64,000 bases of DNA, taken from contig JAZRAL010000009.1 of the NCBI GenBank assembly GCA_045634545.1, forward strand, positions 6,470 to 70,469, read 5' to 3'. The DNA is from Alphaproteobacteria bacterium (lineage in GTDB: Bacteria; Pseudomonadota; Alphaproteobacteria; RF32; CAG-239). The notes beneath the pieces are model-generated. The model was not told where the DNA came from. It made no database searches and worked only from the letters and a program-made list of their open reading frames with translations. Both the position numbers and the translations under genes were made by a program. Of the stretch, positions 48,048-57,504 are shown piece by piece. The first letter of the stretch is position 1, and each line of letters opens with the position of its first letter.

Positions 48048-49592
48048 CTACTTTTCCTTGTTTACCAAAGGTGCAAAACGCATCAACTCAGTTAATCTAT
48101 AACCAGTATAAGTACCAAGCAACATCACAATAAACATGATAACCAAGTTAAACTCATTAAATGCAAACATTACATGGTGAACATATTCACTACTAATTAC
48201 AACATAGGTCATCATCGCTGTAATCATTGTGTTAAAAATCTCTTTCAATGTATTTTTAGCCCCTTCTTCTTCCCAAGTAATAGAAGCTCTTTCAATAATC
48301 CATGCTGTAATAATTATTGGGAAAAAGATTGCAGAACTAATAATTTCATAATCTAGCCTATAACCAATAACGGTCAAAACTTGAATTAACAAAATAACAA
48401 ATATAACTACAAACGAAATTCTAGGAACAAGCAACAAATTAAGCTTAGCAACCAATGTTCTCATTAAAAGGCCTAAAAATATCATTATAGAAAAACAAAC
48501 AAGCCCTGGAACAAAACCAGTTTTTACCAAAGACATAGCAACAAGCATCGGTGTAAAGGTTCCCATAGTAGAAACACCAATCACGTTACGCATAATCACC
48601 ACCATCAAAATAGCAAGAGGAAAAATCATCAACCACTTCAAAGTATTTTGTTCCAAAACAGGAAGAGAATAGATACTATATTTATAAGGTACAAGCAAAG
48701 CACTATCTTTTGCTCTAAATTCAGCCATTTTCAAAGGTGTTGCAACAGACTTTAATACAGAGAACATAACTTTAGATTTTTCACCACCATAAACATCAAG
48801 CAAAGCCACTCCACCACGCTGAAAAACAACCCAATTCTCTGGCAAACCAATGTTTGCAGTATTCAAATCATATAAAATCCACTTATTATTAAAATAAGCC
48901 TCAAGCATAATATCTGGTTTATCTGTTTTTTTACCTTCTTCAAGCTTAATAGCTCTAACCAAACGAGCAGGAATTCTCTTATAAGACAATATATGAACAA
49001 TCTTTTCAGCAAATTCTTTTGGAGTATAATTTAATGGCAACACCAAACTCATTGTAGGGTTTGCCATTTCTTGATTTACTGTTTTAATAACTTTTTGAAC
49101 TTTATCACCTTTTTGTAATTCAGTAAGCTCCCAAATCTTTTTCATTTGAATTTTTTCATCATCATTTAAGATTGGTCTAGCAACCTTTTGAGGAGCCAAA
49201 ACGCCTTTTGCCTCCTTTTTATAGTCATCATAAATGTTCATACGATAATAAAGATTTTGTTTTCCGTTTTTATTTTTACCTTTAAAAACAATTACATTAT
49301 TCTTTTTGTCTTGAGTAAATTCATACCCATTTGCAACAATTTCTTCACTTAAAATCTCAAAATTATCATTATTAGTAGGAATACCAAGAACAGCCTCAAC
49401 ATCACCACCTAAAGCCTTAAAAGAAACTTTAGCATCAATAGTCCAAATATCTGTAACATCTTTAGGAGACATACTAAAATCCCAATACTTTATCTTGTAA
49501 TAACAACACATCCCCGCATACCACAAAGATAAAATAAGCAAATAACTTAAAACACATCTAACGCTAAAAAATTTCTTAAAAAATAGTCTCAT
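48048..49592 (-). CDS. 7TM membrane protein with an inactive transglutaminase-like N-terminal domain (RimK-system partner)
   Basis: 514 aa. The N-terminal roughly 300-aa extracytoplasmic domain is followed by about 7 TM helices in the C-terminal 200 aa. Sits between the retropepsin-like protease and RimK-like ligase genes. Confidence 0.65.
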   Translation of the reverse strand: MRLFFKKFFSVRCVLSYLLILSLWYAGMCCYYKIKYWDFSMSPKDVTDIWTIDAKVSFKALGGDVEAVLGIPTNNDNFEILSEEIVANGYEFTQDKKNNVIVFKGKNKNGKQNLYYRMNIYDDYKKEAKGVLAPQKVARPILNDDEKIQMKKIWELTELQKGDKVQKVIKTVNQEMANPTMSLVLPLNYTPKEFAEKIVHILSYKRIPARLVRAIKLEEGKKTDKPDIMLEAYFNNKWILYDLNTANIGLPENWVVFQRGGVALLDVYGGEKSKVMFSVLKSVATPLKMAEFRAKDSALLVPYKYSIYSLPVLEQNTLKWLMIFPLAILMVVIMRNVIGVSTMGTFTPMLVAMSLVKTGFVPGLVCFSIMIFLGLLMRTLVAKLNLLLVPRISFVVIFVILLIQVLTVIGYRLDYEIISSAIFFPIIITAWIIERASITWEEEGAKNTLKEIFNTMITAMMTYVVISSEYVHHVMFAFNEFNLVIMFIVMLLGTYTGYRLTELMRFAPLVNKEK

Positions 49593-49608
49593 TATTTTAT
49601 GTCCAAAA

Positions 49609-50142
49609 TTAATTCAAAGTATAAGAAGTAGATGTATCAACAATATATCTACCTGTTAAAATATTACGACCAATCAAACCTTGGTAGTCAAATTGCTCTC
49701 TATCTGCAATAGAAAATACAGCGCTAAAAACTTCTTTTCCCATCTTCACATCCATTTTTACCGCTTTTCTACGTTCATCTTCTCCAGCTCTTCTAACCTT
49801 AAAAGAACGCTCTACTTTTTTCTCAAAAACATGCTCTTCACCAGTTTTTCTGTTTTTAAGCTTAAAAGTAACCCATCTTTCGCCATCTCGCTCAAAATAC
49901 TCTACATCTTTACAATCAAGAGATGATGTAGTAGCGCCAGTATCAATTCTAGCTAAAAAAGGAGATTTCATTGGTAAAAAATAAATAGGCTCAACTTCAC
50001 CAATAATTGGCAAATGAGCCTTTTCAACAACGATTTCTTGTTTTGTTGTATTTACATTATGAACAACAGCTGGAACAATCACTTGCTTTGCTTGACAACC
50101 TGAAACAAGCAATGCGAGCAACACTAGATAGAATTTATGCAT
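49609..50142 (-). CDS. Retropepsin-like aspartic peptidase lipoprotein (DUF785, annotated as ATP-dependent zinc protease family)
   Basis: 177 aa. Lipobox LLVSGC. ARIDTGATTS carries the D-T-G-A aspartic-protease signature. Confidence 0.75.
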   Translation of the reverse strand: MHKFYLVLLALLVSGCQAKQVIVPAVVHNVNTTKQEIVVEKAHLPIIGEVEPIYFLPMKSPFLARIDTGATTSSLDCKDVEYFERDGERWVTFKLKNRKTGEEHVFEKKVERSFKVRRAGEDERRKAVKMDVKMGKEVFSAVFSIADREQFDYQGLIGRNILTGRYIVDTSTSYTLN

Positions 50143-50273
50143 TATTAAAAAACCTTCTTATTGTATGTTAACATTTCTTCAAAAGATAACTTCTTTTTAT
50201 ATAACAAACACCAATAAAATCAAACTAATGCACAAAGTTTTTTCTTTTTTTTGAATAATTATTTTTATACACT

Positions 50274-50317
50274 GTATTTAAACCATGTATTTAAATGTGA
50301 TTAACAATGTATTTAAA
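50274..50317. promoter_or_regulatory. Three direct repeats of TGTATTTAAA (spacings 13 and 21 bp), 130-175 bp upstream of the protease/7TM/RimK operon
   Basis: actgtatttaaaccatgtatttaaatgtgattaacaatgtatttaaaaca. The same decamer recurs at 60944-60953, 62016-62025 and 62029-62038, upstream of the two OMP cassette genes. Confidence 0.4.
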
Positions 50318-51458
50318 ACATTACTGTTGCTCTTATACTTGTTGCAAATCCATAATCAGATTTTTGATTAAGTGCAGGATTTATATATAATTGCACATCT
50401 GGTGTAATTGTTAGCATATCACCAATCCCCCAAGCCCAATAAGCTTCAATAACTTGTTCTGCTTTATGTTTAAGTTTTTCACCAACAGCCTTTTCATCTA
50501 ACTTATTATATGCATATGCAAGCCCAATTTGGTCCAATTCATTTCGTCCTAAAGGATTATTATACACTCCACCTAAAACCCAAGATTGGCGAATTTCCTC
50601 CACATCACCGCTTGTTTCATTAATTCTTGCAAATAGACTTAGTTTTTCACCAATATCTTGAGATAAATTAAGCGACCAACCATTTGTTGTTTGTCGTTGT
50701 TCCTTTACCCAAGGTTGATTATATACAAGTAAAGAAATTTCAGCATCACCTAAATTTTTGATTGTAGGAGTATACCCCACATATCCAAATGTTGTATAAT
50801 GCTTATCTCCCAAACTATTAAATCTTACACTCTGCGCATCAATATTTGTTCCATCTTGTCCACCAAATGCAAGTGTCCAATCATCATTTGGATTAAACTG
50901 CATATACATACCAATTCCCGCTTGCGTATATGATGCAGATGCATTTTGAGCCAAAGCTTCATTCAAAAAATTAACCTGCTGATTAGCATCATAATCTGTG
51001 CCGTCAAAATTATATATTGGAAACTGACCAACACCAACAGTCAGCCAATTCCATTTTCCACCAAATTGAAAAGTATAATATAATTCATTAAACTCATTTG
51101 TTTTATCATCATAGTCATTTATTGGCGTAACAAACCCAGAATTATTTGCTAAATCATTTGCATTATGATTACCATATCTAATCACTGTATATGCAAAATT
51201 AAGCATACCTGTCCCATATTTATTATCATTTAGCGTCCACTGAAAACTAGGATATAAATACCCTTGAACAGCGTTATTTTTCCCATTAGGACTAGTTCTT
51301 TGCTCCAAAATAGATAAATCAATACTATAATCTAACCCATACTTTTTATTAACCATGTTTTTAAAGTTCTGATAATCACTTTCTAGCCCTTGAGCTCTTG
51401 CATTTCCATACAAAAAGCTACCCATTAATCCCAATAAAAGAACATTATAAAACTTCAT
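50313..51458 (-). CDS. Outer-membrane porin (beta-barrel), family uncertain
   Basis: 381 aa. Signal peptide ..GSFLYGNARAQ. Amphipathic beta-strands throughout. C-terminus ..SIRATVMF with a terminal Phe. Confidence 0.6.
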   Translation of the reverse strand: MKFYNVLLLGLMGSFLYGNARAQGLESDYQNFKNMVNKKYGLDYSIDLSILEQRTSPNGKNNAVQGYLYPSFQWTLNDNKYGTGMLNFAYTVIRYGNHNANDLANNSGFVTPINDYDDKTNEFNELYYTFQFGGKWNWLTVGVGQFPIYNFDGTDYDANQQVNFLNEALAQNASASYTQAGIGMYMQFNPNDDWTLAFGGQDGTNIDAQSVRFNSLGDKHYTTFGYVGYTPTIKNLGDAEISLLVYNQPWVKEQRQTTNGWSLNLSQDIGEKLSLFARINETSGDVEEIRQSWVLGGVYNNPLGRNELDQIGLAYAYNKLDEKAVGEKLKHKAEQVIEAYWAWGIGDMLTITPDVQLYINPALNQKSDYGFATSIRATVMF

Positions 51459-51595
51459 ATTATTAATCCTTTAAACTAATTAAACATCATTTTTGATATA
51501 TATTTAAAAAGCACGAAAAAAAGGGGGTATAGAAAAAAAGCTCTTGAAACCAAACATAAAACCTTTTAAGATACAAAAAAACAAAAGGGAAACAT

Positions 51596-52255
51596 ATGAT
51601 AGCAAAACTCAAAGGAATTATAGAAAATATTGGTGAAGACTGTTGCATTATAGATGTCAACGGAGTTGGTTATTTAGTAAACATGTCATCACGCTCATTA
51701 TCAAAATTACATCAAGGAGAACATGCCTCTCTTTTAATCGAAACAGTTATAAAAGAAGATAGCATTACTCTTTTTGGTTTCCAATCACCTTGGGAAAAAG
51801 AATGGTTTAATACTTTAACTAAAATACAAGGCGTTGGCGGAAAAGTTTGCTTAAGCATCCTATCTGTTCTATCACCAGCAGAGCTATCACAAGCAGTTTC
51901 AGCACAAGATAAAACTTTATTCTTAAGAGCAAATGGTGTTGGCCCTAAACTTGCCGCAAGATTGATAACTGAACTAAAAGACAAAATAGTTACAATTCCA
52001 ACAGAATATCTTGCTTCAAAAGATTTAAACACTGTTATAAATGAAGATACAAAACAAACCACATCTTACCAAACACCAAAACAAGAAGAAAATGATAACA
52101 CTTATAAAGCAACCGAAGATGTTACATCAGCATTATCAAATCTTGGCTATCAAAAAATAGATGCCTACAGAGTAGCATCAGAAGTGTGCCTTAAAAATCC
52201 AGATAAAGATTTAGCGACATTAATTAGGTTAGCATTAAAAGAATTTAATCAATAG
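51596..52255 (+). CDS. ruvA: Holliday junction DNA helicase RuvA
   Basis: 219 aa. N-terminus [25 protein letters not shown] is the RuvA signature. Confidence 0.9.
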   Translation: MIAKLKGIIENIGEDCCIIDVNGVGYLVNMSSRSLSKLHQGEHASLLIETVIKEDSITLFGFQSPWEKEWFNTLTKIQGVGGKVCLSILSVLSPAELSQAVSAQDKTLFLRANGVGPKLAARLITELKDKIVTIPTEYLASKDLNTVINEDTKQTTSYQTPKQEENDNTYKATEDVTSALSNLGYQKIDAYRVASEVCLKNPDKDLATLIRLALKEFNQ

Positions 52256-52263
52256 GAGTTCAT

Positions 52264-53322
52264 ATGTTTGAAGAAAAAGAAAGAATTTTAAGTGCCGATA
52301 AAATTTCAACAGATGAACAAAATTCTCCTGTTGCAATCAATTTACGTCCATCAACTTTAGATGAATTTGTAGGACAAGACAAAGTCTGCCAAAACTTAAA
52401 AGTTTTCATCCAATCCGCTAAACAAAGGGGCGAAGTTTTAGACCATGTTTTGCTATATGGCCCTCCAGGTCTTGGAAAAACAACCCTATCAAACATTATC
52501 TCAAAAGAACTAGGTGTTGGTTTTAAAGCAACATCAGCTCCAATGATTACTAAATCTGGTGATTTAGCAGCAATTTTAACTAATCTAGAAGCAAGAGATG
52601 TTTTATTTATAGATGAAATACATCGCCTAAATCCTGCAATAGAAGAAGTTTTGTATTCTGCAATGGAAGATTTTCAACTAGATATCATCATTGGCGAAGG
52701 TCCTTCTGCTCGTTCAGTAAAAATAGATTTACAACCATTCACTCTAGTTGGCGCAACAACTCGTTCAGGACTTGTTTCTACCCCATTAAGAGAGCGCTTT
52801 GGAATACCTTTAAGAATGGATTTTTATAACCATGATGACTTACAAAAAATCGTTTTACGTGGTGCAAACATCTTAAATATGCCAATTTCAAAAGACGGCG
52901 CAATGGAAATAGCCAAACGTTCACGAGGAACGCCTCGTATAGCAGGCAGATTGCTAAAAAGAGTACGTGACTTTGGTGCTGTAGCCGGCAATGTAGAAAT
53001 AGATTCTTCTATTGCAGATAAGGCATTAGGCTTGCTTGATGTAGACCCATATGGTTTAGATGAATTTGACCGTAGATACTTAAATTGTATTGCTAAAAAC
53101 TATGGAGGAGGTCCTGTTGGCGCAGATACACTAGCCGCAGCCCTTTCCGAAGAAAGAGATACAATAGAAGAAGTAATAGAACCATATTTACTAAAACTAG
53201 GATTTTTACAAAGAACCCCTAGAGGAAGAGTTTTATCAGAACAAGGATGTAAATATCTTGGCATTAGCAAGTTCAAAAACACAAACAACCAATTTAGTTT
53301 TATTGATGATTTAGGATTTTAA
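52264..53322 (+). CDS. ruvB: Holliday junction DNA helicase RuvB
   Basis: 352 aa. [12 protein letters not shown], Walker [10 protein letters not shown] and FIDEIHRL are present. Confidence 0.95.
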   Translation: MFEEKERILSADKISTDEQNSPVAINLRPSTLDEFVGQDKVCQNLKVFIQSAKQRGEVLDHVLLYGPPGLGKTTLSNIISKELGVGFKATSAPMITKSGDLAAILTNLEARDVLFIDEIHRLNPAIEEVLYSAMEDFQLDIIIGEGPSARSVKIDLQPFTLVGATTRSGLVSTPLRERFGIPLRMDFYNHDDLQKIVLRGANILNMPISKDGAMEIAKRSRGTPRIAGRLLKRVRDFGAVAGNVEIDSSIADKALGLLDVDPYGLDEFDRRYLNCIAKNYGGGPVGADTLAAALSEERDTIEEVIEPYLLKLGFLQRTPRGRVLSEQGCKYLGISKFKNTNNQFSFIDDLGF

Positions 53323-53325
53323 ACT

Positions 53326-53763
53326 ATGACATACCAAACCCCAACAATCAAAGGCGAGCTTTTTGAAGATAAAACATTTTCATTCCCTATACGTGTTTAT
53401 TATGAAGACACAGATGCAGGAGGAATTGTTTATTATGCAAATTACCTAAGATTTGCAGAACGTGCCAGAACAGAATACCTTCGTCACATAGGTTTTAATC
53501 AAGACGACCTATTAAAAAACAAAGGTGTTGGTTTTGTTGTAAGAGAATGTAAAGTTAGCTACAAAACTCCCGCTAAACTAGATGATGCGCTAAACATAAC
53601 TTGCAAAATAACAGAGCTAAAAGGTGTTTCATTAAAAATGGAGCAAACACTATATCGAAACGATACAATTTTGGCTCAAATAGAAGTAACATTAGTATTT
53701 TTAAGTATACAAACAATGCGCCCAACTAAAATACCACAAGAAATTATAAATTTAATACAATAA
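53326..53763 (+). CDS. ybgC: Tol-Pal-associated acyl-CoA thioesterase YbgC (4HBT family)
   Basis: 145 aa. YYEDTDAGGIVYYANYLRF is the 4HBT hot-dog motif. Lies directly after ruvB. Confidence 0.8.
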   Translation: MTYQTPTIKGELFEDKTFSFPIRVYYEDTDAGGIVYYANYLRFAERARTEYLRHIGFNQDDLLKNKGVGFVVRECKVSYKTPAKLDDALNITCKITELKGVSLKMEQTLYRNDTILAQIEVTLVFLSIQTMRPTKIPQEIINLIQ

Positions 53764-53797
53764 AAAAGGCACGATTTTTCGTGCCTTTCTTTTTTAC
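53762..53797. terminator. Bidirectional terminator hairpin between ybgC (+) and lptF/G (-)
   Basis: aaaaaaGGCACGAttttTCGTGCCtttctttttt. Confidence 0.5.
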
Positions 53798-54900
53798 TCT
53801 TCTCTATGCAGATACACAGATATACTTATAGATGCAACAATAATCGTTGGCGCCCAAACTGCAAACCAAACAGGTATATACGAATTTAACCCAAAAGCAG
53901 AAATAACTTGTGATGTAAAATAAACAGTAAAGCCCGTTGCAATACCAAAAATTATCATCCATAAAACACCGCCTTGTCTTTGGCTTGCTTTAAGCGAGAA
54001 TATACCTGCAACCAAAACCATTGCCATAAGCAAAAAAGGAAGCGCAAGCAAACTAATATAACGCATCTTATACCTTAAAACACTAAAACCAGATGCTTCA
54101 TAAAAATCAATAGTATCAGGTAAATTCCAAAAAGAAATAGCCTCAGGATCAACAAAGTTATCTCTTATTCTTTGTATATTCATCTCTGTAGGATATGACA
54201 TACTACTAATAATCTCAGCCTTTTGTCCCGATTTATAAATTCGAACATCCTTTAAATTGAGATTTCCATCTTCTAACGTTGCAACAAACGCCTCTATTCT
54301 TCTATTTACTTGAGTTCTTTCATCAACCTCAATCACACTCACATCATGAAGCCACAACACATCATCTTTCAAATTAAGATTACTAGCATTTATGATTGCA
54401 ACAACATTATCGTCTTTTCCTTCTCTAATCCAAAGCCCTTTATTCGAAAACAAAAAAGCATTTGGATTATTTGTTGATAACCTATAAGACAAAGTTTCCC
54501 TAAGCTCAAACATTTTCGCAGAAAAAGGATTAACCACCATAATCCAAAAAGCGCCTATCATAAAAACAGCAAGCAACACTGGAGCCAAAACTCCCCAAAT
54601 AGACACACCCGCCGCTCTAATAATTACAAATTCATTGGTTTTACTAATTCTCCAAAAGGTAATCATTGTAGAAATCATCACAATAAACGGAACAACCTTA
54701 TCAACCGTTTCCGGCAATTTTGCTACAACATATTGAATTAAAAAACCAATAGAAACCTCATATCTACCAGATGTTCTACGCAAAATTTCTATCATATCAA
54801 ACATCATGATAATAGCGCAAATAACACCTAAAACACCCAAAAAACACATAACTGTTTGTTTAATCAAATAAGTGCCTAAAATAGAATTTGGTTTCATCAT
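53794..54900 (-). CDS. LPS export ABC permease, LptF/LptG (YjgP/YjgQ) family
   Basis: 368 aa with about 6 TM helices and a central periplasmic domain. Confidence 0.7.
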   Translation of the reverse strand: MMKPNSILGTYLIKQTVMCFLGVLGVICAIIMMFDMIEILRRTSGRYEVSIGFLIQYVVAKLPETVDKVVPFIVMISTMITFWRISKTNEFVIIRAAGVSIWGVLAPVLLAVFMIGAFWIMVVNPFSAKMFELRETLSYRLSTNNPNAFLFSNKGLWIREGKDDNVVAIINASNLNLKDDVLWLHDVSVIEVDERTQVNRRIEAFVATLEDGNLNLKDVRIYKSGQKAEIISSMSYPTEMNIQRIRDNFVDPEAISFWNLPDTIDFYEASGFSVLRYKMRYISLLALPFLLMAMVLVAGIFSLKASQRQGGVLWMIIFGIATGFTVYFTSQVISAFGLNSYIPVWFAVWAPTIIVASISISVYLHREE

Positions 54901-54912
54901 AGTAGTGTTTCC

Positions 54913-55836
54913 TTAAAAATATCCTGTAGATAAATAACGCTCAATACTGTCTGGTAAAATAACAACCACTCTTTTATTTGTAAACTCTTTTCTTTTAGCA
55001 ACCTCAATTGCGCCAACAATAGAAGCTCCAGAAGATATACCAACAGGTAATCCTTCAATTTTTGCAACACCTTTAGCCATTTCTATTGCATCTTCGTCGC
55101 TTATTTTTATAACTTCATTTACCAACTTTTTATCATAAAGAGGTGGCACAAATCCAGCCCCAATACCTTGAATTTTATGACTTCCTTTAGATTCGCCACT
55201 CAAAACAGCACTACCTTCAGGCTCAACCGCAACAACATACAAATCTTTATTATATGTTTTTAAAACAGAAGCAATCCCTGTTATAGTTCCAGAAGTCCCA
55301 ACAGCAACAACTAATACATCAAAATCGCCACCTGTATCTTCCAAAATCTCCATAGCAGTACCCATTCTATGGGCGTTAGGGTTTGCATCATTTTCAAACT
55401 GGCTAAGAATAACTACATTATCATTTCTTTCTTTTAATATTTTAGCCTTATTAATAGCTCCATCCATTCCCTCTTCTTTAGGTGTTAATATAACCTCAGC
55501 CCCTAAATGTCTCATTATTTTTATTCTCTCTTCAGACATATTTTCAGGCATAATTATAATGAGCTTATACCCTTTAGCCGCACAAACCCCTGCAAGGCCA
55601 ATTCCTGTATTACCAGACGTTGCCTCAACAAAAATTGTCCCTTCTTTAATACCTTTCTTTTCTTCATTTTCAATTAAAGACAAAGCTACCCTATCTTTAA
55701 CCGAAAACCAAGGATTATACATTTCGCATTTAGCTAAAATTTCAGCATTCAAACGAAGACGTGTTGTGAGCTTTCCAAGTCTCAACAAAGGTGTATGCCC
55801 CACCATCTCTGTTATAGAATTATAAATATTTCCCAT
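54913..55836 (-). CDS. cysK: Cysteine synthase A (O-acetylserine sulfhydrylase)
   Basis: 307 aa. The PLP-lysine region NPWFSVKDR and the SGNTG glycine loop are present. Confidence 0.9.
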   Translation of the reverse strand: MGNIYNSITEMVGHTPLLRLGKLTTRLRLNAEILAKCEMYNPWFSVKDRVALSLIENEEKKGIKEGTIFVEATSGNTGIGLAGVCAAKGYKLIIIMPENMSEERIKIMRHLGAEVILTPKEEGMDGAINKAKILKERNDNVVILSQFENDANPNAHRMGTAMEILEDTGGDFDVLVVAVGTSGTITGIASVLKTYNKDLYVVAVEPEGSAVLSGESKGSHKIQGIGAGFVPPLYDKKLVNEVIKISDEDAIEMAKGVAKIEGLPVGISSGASIVGAIEVAKRKEFTNKRVVVILPDSIERYLSTGYF

Positions 55837-56477
55837 TATTTTTCATCCACTACTTTTTGAATAAACTCATTCAAACCAGATAAATTTTTCTTTTCCAAAC
55901 GAGCACTCTCAATAATGCATTTAACATCATAAACAGCTCTGTCCAAATCATCATTAATTACTACATAATCGTAAAATTCAGCCTCTTTAATACGGCTTTC
56001 AGCTTTACTCATTCTTTTTTCAATAACTTCTACGCTATCTGTCTTTCTACCTTCTAACCTTTCTCTTAAAATTTTAATAGAAGGAGGAATAAAAGAAATA
56101 GCCTTAACTCTATCTTTAGCTAATTTTCTTAATTGTTGAACACCAGGATAATCTAAATCTAAAATAACATCTTTCCCTTCTCTAAGCAACTCATCAACTT
56201 TTGCTTTAGGAGTTCCATACTTAGGTCCAAAATCAGAATTAACATATTCATATAAATTATTACTATCCACTAGTTCCTTAAATTTCTCTTCTGTAATAAA
56301 ATAATAGTCTTTTCCTTCAACTTCACCTTCTCTCATTCCTCGAGTAGTAACAGAAACAGAAAGCTCTATATCTTCCATTTCATTTAATATTTTTTTTATA
56401 ACTGAACTCTTTCCGCATCCACTTGGTCCAGAAAAAATAAACATTGTTCCTTGTCTTTGTATTTTATCACTATTCAT
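55836..56477 (-). CDS. gmk: Guanylate kinase
   Basis: 213 aa. P-loop GPSGCGKSS and the S.TTR motif are present. Confidence 0.9.
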   Translation of the reverse strand: MNSDKIQRQGTMFIFSGPSGCGKSSVIKKILNEMEDIELSVSVTTRGMREGEVEGKDYYFITEEKFKELVDSNNLYEYVNSDFGPKYGTPKAKVDELLREGKDVILDLDYPGVQQLRKLAKDRVKAISFIPPSIKILRERLEGRKTDSVEVIEKRMSKAESRIKEAEFYDYVVINDDLDRAVYDVKCIIESARLEKKNLSGLNEFIQKVVDEK

Positions 56478-56576
56478 CTCAGTTATACCTCAATAAAACT
56501 ATTATTCTTTACAAAATTGTTATCTTAATATAAACCATATTATACATAAATAAAGCATTATTTTAAGGATTACACC

Positions 56577-57338
56577 ATGATTATTAAAAATATTCTACTA
56601 ACAGGCGCATCTTCTGGTATTGGAGAAGCTTTAGCCCTTTATTACGCAAAACAACCATCAACAGAAAATATTTTTATTTGCGGAAGAAATAAAGAACGCC
56701 TAAACGCAGTAAAAAAAGCTTGTGAAAAACTAGGAAAAGCAACTATTCATGCCGAAATTTTAGATGTTTCAAACAAACAAGCATTAGAATATTGGATAAA
56801 TGATGCAGAAAAAATAGCTCCACTAAATCTTGTTTTTGCTAATGCCGGTGTTGCAACACTAGAAGAAACTCCAAACAATATTTTTAATACTTTTAACATC
56901 AATGTTATGGGTGTAATCAACACTATATGTCCAACCGTAGAAATCTATAAAAAGCGCAAAGACAAAGACAAAATCATAGCAATCACCTCATCAATTGCAG
57001 GTTATCATGGTTTGCCATCATGTCCATCATATAGCGCATCAAAAGCATGCGTAAAAGCCTATGGTGAAGCTCTTCGCTTAGATTTATTAAAATACGACAT
57101 CCAAGTAAACACTATCTGCCCAGGATTTATTCGTTCCCGTATTACAGATAAAAACAAATGCCCAATGCCATTTTTTATGGAAACAGAACCTGCCGCAGAA
57201 TTAATTGCAAAACGTATAGAAAAAAACGTTGGATTAATAGCATTTCCTTGGCCTATGCGACTTGCAACATGGTTTTTAAGCATCTTACCAAACGTTGTTA
57301 GCGACTTCATATACAAAAGACTACCTCACAAGGTATAA
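56577..57338 (+). CDS. Short-chain dehydrogenase/reductase (SDR)
   Basis: 253 aa. TGASSGIGEALA cofactor motif and YSASKA catalytic motif are present. Confidence 0.8.
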   Translation: MIIKNILLTGASSGIGEALALYYAKQPSTENIFICGRNKERLNAVKKACEKLGKATIHAEILDVSNKQALEYWINDAEKIAPLNLVFANAGVATLEETPNNIFNTFNINVMGVINTICPTVEIYKKRKDKDKIIAITSSIAGYHGLPSCPSYSASKACVKAYGEALRLDLLKYDIQVNTICPGFIRSRITDKNKCPMPFFMETEPAAELIAKRIEKNVGLIAFPWPMRLATWFLSILPNVVSDFIYKRLPHKV

Positions 57339-57504
57339 AAAACGCTTTAAAAACCTATGTTTTCAGCATATTTTTCTTGACTTTTTAATATTTTAGGCCT
57401 AAAAACCTAACAACTCTTTTATGTGGTGCAACAAAAAGATGTTTTTTAACCATGCACAAGTCCGCCTCAAAATGAGGGTCTGGCATTTTTTGAAAATAAA
57501 TATA

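Noticed and set aside
50274-50317. TGTATTTAAA repeats as a CtrA box (TTAA-N7-TTAA)
   Set aside because: The spacing between TTAA half-sites is 9, not 7, and the repeats are direct, so the CtrA interpretation is not supported. Kept only as an unassigned direct-repeat motif.
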